Assembly (NCBI GenBank): GCA_964016885.1
Contig: OZ024746.1
Location: 51,398,001 to 51,462,000 of the forward strand
Origin: Eledone cirrhosa
Lineage: Eukaryota
Reading direction: 5' to 3'
Length of the DNA stretch: 64,000 nt
Within the stretch, counting starts at the first letter, position 1. Each line of letters starts with the position of its first letter. The notes beneath the pieces were generated by a model. It worked only from the letters and a program-made list of their open reading frames with translations, was not told the DNA's origin and did no database searches. The translations under genes and the position numbers were made by a program. This document shows, piece after piece, positions 54,986 to 64,000 of this stretch.

Positions 54986-55545
54986 ATAATAACTAGAGAT
55001 TGATTAACATATAAATAAACATGAATAATCACCGGAGATAATTTTTACAAGTGTGTAACCACACATAGCTAGGTAGGTAATTAAATAAAGTTGACCAGAA
55101 CTTCAAAAATAGATACCTTATAATATGATTAATCTTCCCTGCATATATTCCATTAAAGAAATATATTTCACCAATTAATCAGATGGTAAACCCTATTCAC
55201 GCCACTGGGACGAAGCTAGTATGATGTGTGTATTTCTAGTAAATACTACACGTGCTGGCCAGTCGCTGATTTGAACTTGAAGTGTAAACACGGATTGCTG
55301 TGAATTTCTTCCTTGTTGAAAATCCAAATCTCCACTTCTGTGGTTTACCATCTGATTAATTGGTGAAATATATTTCTTTAATGGAATATATGCAGGGAAG
55401 ATTAATCATATTATAAGGTATCTATTTTTGAAGTTCTGGTCAACTTTATTTAATTACCTACCTAGCTATGTGTGGTTACACTTGTAAAAATTATCTCCTG
55501 TGATTATTCATGTTTATTTATATGTTAATCAATCTCTAGTTATTA
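54986..55545. mobile_element. Fold-back element (~205-bp arms, ~150-bp spacer)
   Basis: Arms 54986-55192 and 55342-55545 are near-identical. Degenerate CCAT-CTGATTA..GAAA..TA-ATGG core. Confidence 0.8.
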
Positions 55546-55672
55546 TATATATATAGTTATATTTGGGGAGGGTCATATTGTTATAATATTGCCAGAAAAA
55601 ATAATATGAACCTCCCCAAATATAACAATATTTCTTTCAACACACGATTTCATATAAAAAAACTTTGCATAC

Positions 55673-57602
55673 TTGTTATACTTGGGGAGGGTCATATTTG
55701 TGTAATAATATTGCCAGAATTAATAACAGAACACACTCACTGTTTGGTTGGTTTTCGCTTCTGTGTCCTTTATATCGGTTAATTTAATTTATTCGGTCCT
55801 CAATGTTACCATTGACTGACCAACGGTCAAAAATACAGATACAATATAGACACAAACACATATATATAGTCTAACAAAGTTCTTTCGTTGCACATCTGCA
55901 ATATCGTCAGTGGTGCTATTATATTTCCTCCCGTTACATTGTATGCCTACGCCATCTTTATTTAGTCTGTTTATTTATTTATTTATTTGTTTATTTTTTT
56001 GTCTTCTCTGCGCATGCGTTTGCGTGTGTGTATAACTGTAACTATCGACTACCCTTCCAAACACCCTAACAATAGACTACCTGTATTAGACACGGAACTC
56101 TGGATTAACACTATAGACGAGAGAGCCCAAATTCTCCACTCACACTATGCTAAACCCATGGCCTCCGAATACCTGATACTCAAAATCTCAGCAATGTCTA
56201 GTAGTGCTAAGTTTAATATTCTGATCGCAGACTTGGTACGAGTGATGAAAAACGTGTCCCGCATGTGCGACCCAACAGAAATGGAAAGACACATCCAACA
56301 CTTCATCAACCACATGCAGTTCTCTGGCTACAACCAAAGAGACAGAATCAGAGTATACGAAGGAGCCACGGAGAAGTATAAGACTCTCATAGAACTGGAC
56401 ATGAAAGGAATTTGCCCATTATACAGGAGCAAATCATGGAATAGCTTAGATAGGACTAGACATAAGATAGGGAAAGCCACCTCATGGTACGACAACCTGA
56501 GATACCAGAGTGTCATGTTTGTGGACGCTACCCCTGGAGGGAAATTAGCTAACCAGTGTAGAAAGGCCCTGAGAAAGACCCACTTAAAGATTAAGGTGGT
56601 AGAACAGCCAGGAACCACCATAAAATCCCTGATCAGCAAAACCTACCCTCTTAAGAAAACCCACTGTACTAATAGGAAATGTATCATATGTAAGGTAAAC
56701 CCCCGGATAAACTGTAAAACTAGAAACGTAGTCTATAGCATAAGATATACAGAGGGTACTTGCAGAAACATGACAACAACATACATAGGCGAGACCGCTC
56801 GTAGCATAGTTGAAAGGATAGACCAACACTGGGGGAACTAAAAGGACGAAAAAACGGTTCAGTACTATACGAACATGCCAGACAGCAACACGACGGTAAC
56901 AAAGACAACATAGAAATTAGAATAATATCTAAACATAGAAATCACCCAGCAGATAAGCAAATCAGTGGGGCCAGCGAAATAGAACTTAGAAGGCCAAAGC
57001 TAAACAGAAAACATGAATGGAATAACAACAACACCCAAACAAACAACACTGACCTAAGAGAAGTATAAATAAATAAATAAATAAATACACAAGCACAATA
57101 ACAACAAACACATATAAACACACACTAGTAAACTAAGATAGAATACAATAACCAATACACAGTCACCCAAACACGAACGCACATGAAACAAAACACTATA
57201 CTTACACGCAAACGCATGCGCAGAGAAGACAAAAAATAAACAAATAAATAAATAAATAAACAGACTAAATAAAGATGGCGTAGGCATACAATGCAACGGG
57301 AGGAAACATAATAGCACCACTGACGATGTTGCAGATGTGCAACGAAAGAACTTTGTTAGACTATATATATATGTGTTTGTGTCTATATTGTATCTGTATT
57401 TTTGACCGTTGGTCAGTCAATGGTAACATTGAGGACTGAATAAATTAAATTAACCGATATAAAGGACACAGAAGCGAAAACCAACCAAACAGTGAGTGTG
57501 TTCTGTCATTAATACTGGCAATATTATTACACAAATATGACCCTCCCCAAGTATAACAATATTTGTTTCGACACACGATTTCATATCAAAAACCTCGCAA
57601 AA

Positions 57603-57603
<1 letters not shown>
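55673..57603 (+). mobile_element. Penelope-like element (Naiad-like) with inverted pLTR
   Basis: Arms 55673-56027 and 57204-57559. Coding 56030-57050: DYPSKHPNNRLPVLD, YAKPMAS, CTNRKCIIC, NVVY..YIGETARS..ER..H, with a frameshift at ~56835. Hammerhead core at 57320-57347. Confidence 0.9.
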
Positions 57604-57669
<66 letters not shown>

Positions 57670-57714
57670 TGATGGTGGGGAGATAGGAAAGAGAGGGTGA
57701 GAGAGAAAGAGAGC

Positions 57715-57816
<102 letters not shown>

Positions 57817-58024
57817 TTGAAAGAGAGAACGAGAGAGATTTTCTGAAGATAGATAGACATATATAAGCAGGTACTGAGATCCGCCTGATTGACCACTGAC
57901 CACCTTGTCAACACTTGTAAGAGAAATAAGATGGAAGATATCAAATTACCTACTTACCGCCAAAGTCTAGCAAAAAGTGGTTATAATGAGATTCTTGTAT
58001 TTTAGTATATATATATATATACAA

Positions 58025-58446
58025 AGAGTGTGTGGTAAGATGCCAGCTGGACCATAACACACCAAAGTACTCAATACTTAGGGTAGTAGAGTGGGTAATA
58101 GGAAAAGAGTCAGGACCCCAACGGCTGAGCTCCGGTCGTTTCGACAGCTAGATCCGAACTAAGCCACCAGTATTAGAATGGCAGGAATCTAGCTGAACTT
58201 ATGAAGGGGTACAGTCCAGATGTGGGCATGCAGTCAAGACAAAAAAAAACCAGAAATATCTAAGCAAATTTCTAGGATTTTTTGCTTAGATATTACTGCT
58301 TTTTTTGTTTTTACTGCATCCCTACATCTGGACTGTACCCCTTCATAAGTTCAGCTAGATTCCTGCCATTCTAATACTGGTGGGTTAGTTCGGATCTAGC
58401 TGTCGAAACGGCCGGAGCTCAGCCGTTGGGGTCCTAACTATTTTCC

Positions 58447-58449
<3 letters not shown>
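58025..58449 (-). mobile_element. Fold-back mini-element (longest copy of the 31060 family)
   Basis: ~170-bp inverted arms at 58098-58268 and 58282-58449, plus a tail. Confidence 0.85.
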
Positions 58450-58539
<90 letters not shown>

Positions 58540-58639
58540 TACAATATATATATAGATATATATTCAAATTATTTCATTCCTTCCGAGTAACGTTACTCGA
58601 TAGAGTGTGTACCTGAGAGATCAGAGAGTCACTCCAAAT

Positions 58640-58908
58640 AGAGCCGCTACTTCTTCTAATTGAGAGTTCATAGCCCTAATACTATGGCCATCAGGTTAGA
58701 ATATCTCAGGAAAGAATCGCTGGACAGATTTTACGGGCAAAACCTACCAGCAGGAGGCCCAGAGGTAGATCCTGGGCAAGATGGCTGGATAACATCAATG
58801 AACTTAGCTGGTATCGCTTGGGGGATCCAACCGGATCAGTTGGAGATGGTTGCTTCTGACATGACTCACTGGAAGGAGAGTTTGAGGACTCTTCCTCCAC
58901 GACCCTTT

Positions 58909-58939
<31 letters not shown>

Positions 58940-59023
58940 AAGAAGAAGAAGAAGAAGAAGAAGAAGAAGAAGAAGAAGAAGAAGAAGAAGAAGAAGAAGA
59001 AGAAGAAGAAGAAGAAGAAGAAG
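58640..59023 (+). mobile_element. RTE-clade LINE 3' end with (GAA)n tail
   Basis: RRPRGRSWARWLDNI..LGI..W..LRTLPPRPF* directly followed by (GAA)n. Confidence 0.75.
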
Positions 59024-59167
59024 ATTTCTTTCCTTTTCTTTCGTCCTCTTTCATTTTCAAGCCCTATCTCTCACAAACAATACAACCAATCTAAACAAAG
59101 AACGACAGAATACCCCAATTGAATGAGAAAATGTTTTACACAGATCTCTCCCCATCATTAATGAACG

Positions 59168-59258
59168 AAGAGTCTGATGAGCTTTTGATTCCAGAGTCTG
59201 GTCCGATTGATAAAAATCGAACATTGAGCTGATCAATACCGAAAATCACGTCACACTT
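59168..59258 (+). ncRNA. Hammerhead motif with branched stem II
   Basis: AAGAGT-CTGATGA-G..[CGATT/AATCG, ATTGA/TCAAT]..C-GAAA-ATCAC-GTC-ACACTT. Confidence 0.6.
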
Positions 59259-59724
59259 GGATAAACTTAATGATGATACCCTGAGACCTCGTTCCTACTT
59301 ATTTTTAACTATATATATATATATGTACACACACACACATAATATATATATATATATAAAGTACGTCCATAGAATCATTTGATAAAATATATACAGTATT
59401 TTCTCTCCCAATCAGCATAATCAAACACACAAAAAAACAATTAAACAAGGCTATAAGATTAAAAGGCACCTATGAAGAAATAATAGATAAATAAACGATA
59501 GCTATCTATCCACGATCAACAGCCATAGAATATTTACCCAGCATTTCTAATAGCACGTGGAAATCGATTAGATATATCGTCACAATTAGGTACAAAATCA
59601 AAGTTGCTCTGATTGTTGATTATTTAATTAATTAATTCGTCATTGAGCCACATCGTGAATGGTCGCCAAATACACATATATATATATATATCTATGACTT
59701 TGCCTAGTTTATGTATATGTAAAT

Positions 59725-61755
<2,031 letters not shown>

Positions 61756-61930
61756 ATATATATATATATAATATATAGAAATGGCTTCAACAGAAATGGC
61801 TTCAATGAAACAGTTCTAGTCCTGTAGAAATCATTTCTATATTAAATATATATACTCTATGTATTGAACCCGGAATACACACACGCGCACACACGCACAC
61901 ACACGCACACACACGCACACACACGCACAC

Positions 61931-62061
<131 letters not shown>

Positions 62062-62473
62062 CATATGTACATGTGTGTGTGTGTTTGTGCATGACCAAAA
62101 CATTACCACAATGATTAGTGTATTTAAGTACTATCTGATGAAGCCTAACAAATAAACGTTTTGAAACACCCACGTTATGTTGTAAGGAGTTAAATAACTA
62201 TATAGAAGTAAAACTCTGTACTAGACCTGTAAAAGCCACTTCTAAATCATATTTTATATATATATATATATAACGAAGGAAGTGTGGTAAGGAACCAGAT
62301 GGACCATAACGCACCAGAGTACTCAATACTTATTTCTGTCCAGAAATAGCCGTCGCAACGGCTTGAGCTCTGCCGTCGAGGTTAAACATTTTCCTATTAC
62401 CCACTCTACTACCCTAAGTATTGAGTACTCTGGTGCGTTATGGTACATCTGTTTCCTTACCACACTTCCTCCG

Positions 62474-62531
<58 letters not shown>

Positions 62532-62640
62532 TCATATATATATCCCTTTGCTTATATATATATATATATTATATATACAACCCTTATCGAGTCCTCTCTG
62601 GGATTTAGTCTTTTTCTTTATTATTATTACTAACATATAT

Positions 62641-62822
62641 AGGGCGGTATCGGTATAGTGCTGGACGACGTGCTTCAGGGCATAGAGTTTATGTTCTGAG
62701 TTCAAATCCTGCTGAGGTTAACTTTGCCGTTCATCCATATGAGGTCAATAAAATATAGTACCAGTAATGCCCTGCGGTCGATTTAATCGAATTCCCCCAA
62801 ATTGTTGGCCTTGTGCCTAAAA
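62641..62822 (+). mobile_element. OK-like SINE
   Basis: Matches the 12335 family. Confidence 0.8.
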
Positions 62823-62856
62823 TCATACATACATACATTCACACAGACACACACAT

Positions 62857-62892
<36 letters not shown>

Positions 62893-63382
62893 TTATATAT
62901 ATATATATATATATAAGATAAGATACCAGGAGGACCATAACACACCAGAGTACTCAATATTTAGGGTAGTAGAGTGGGTAATAGAAAAAGAGTTTGGATC
63001 TAGCTGTCGAAACGGCCGGAGCTCAGCCGTCGGGGCCCTGATTTTTATCATATATATATGTATATAAATATATATATATATATATAAATATATATAGTAA
63101 TAATAATAAATTTGAAGACTAAAATCCAAAGAGGGCTCGATAAGGATAAATATATATCAAATATATAAGAACCGTAGAGCAAATATTTATTAAAATAACA
63201 GATTAAAGTTTAAGCAAAGAATCGCTGCTTTCACCCTTAAAACTAACAAAGTCAATCTGTAAACGCAGAAGTGGATATTTCAAAAAACGTTGCAACCGGA
63301 GGAAGACAGGAAGACGATACTTTAGTTCGTGGAAACGTTCCCTGGCAAAGAACGGGAAAAAACGAATATAATACGTCATTAA

Positions 63383-63570
63383 TAGGGTGGTGGATTGGCA
63401 GTATCGGTAGAGGGTCGGACGCCATGCTTTCCAGCATAGTTACGTCCCTTTACGATCTGAGTTCAAATCCCGCCGAGGTTGACTTTGCCTTTCATCCTTA
63501 CGGGGTCGATAAAATAAAGTACCAGTAATGCACTGGGTAATTGCTGGCCTTGTGCCTAAAGTAGAAACTA
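63383..63570 (+). mobile_element. OK-like SINE
   Basis: Matches the 12335 family. Confidence 0.85.
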
Positions 63571-63713
63571 TTAATAGGAGCGGGAAAAACAATTACGCGC
63601 AAAGACAGAACCACGTTTATGGTATAAAAGATGTCGTAGACTATATATATATACATATATATATACATATATATACATATATATACATATATACACACAC
63701 ACACATATATATG

Positions 63714-63744
<31 letters not shown>

Positions 63745-64000
63745 ATATATATGTATATATATGTATATATATATATATATATAATAAATACAATATCGGA
63801 GAAAGCTTTTTAGCGATACTCCGGCTAAATTCCAACTCACTCAACAAACATTAGGAAATAAGTGATTATATTCCCAATTATGTGTTCGGGGTGCTAACTA
63901 AAAGTATTGCGTGGAAAATTGGCTGTATTATTTCAAATGAGACATATCTAATATATCTCTTCCCAGACGGACGTCTCGTTTCATTATAGGACTCCTACAA

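Overview
Repeat-saturated, AT-rich eukaryotic DNA with no host gene I can support. The tRNA-derived SINEs resemble the octopus OK/OR families, so a cephalopod (octopod) genome is likely; this is recalled similarity, not a database hit. The window is a mosaic of microsatellites, each colonised by a different retroelement class. (i) 1.2-14.8 kb: a head-to-tail array of at least 4 R4/Dong-type RT+RLE elements in (TAA)n, one with an intact 1130-aa ORF, later hit by hAT MITEs, Helitrons and SINEs. (ii) 15.3-23.2 kb: four tandem minus-strand Tx1/L1-type elements, each anchored in (GATA)n. (iii) 23.7-64 kb: (TA)n tracts carrying four Penelope-like (RT/GIY-YIG) remnants with inverted terminal repeats, many small fold-back (palindromic) elements, and about 15 hammerhead-ribozyme motifs. 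Several of those motifs have an unusual 60-100-nt branched insertion in stem II. A young 3.1 x 616-bp hairpin-rich tandem array also sits in (TA)n and looks like a rolling-circle (retrozyme-like) insertion. All alignments and RNA pairings were done by eye, so boundaries are approximate to about 10-20 bp unless a TSD or terminus is quoted.
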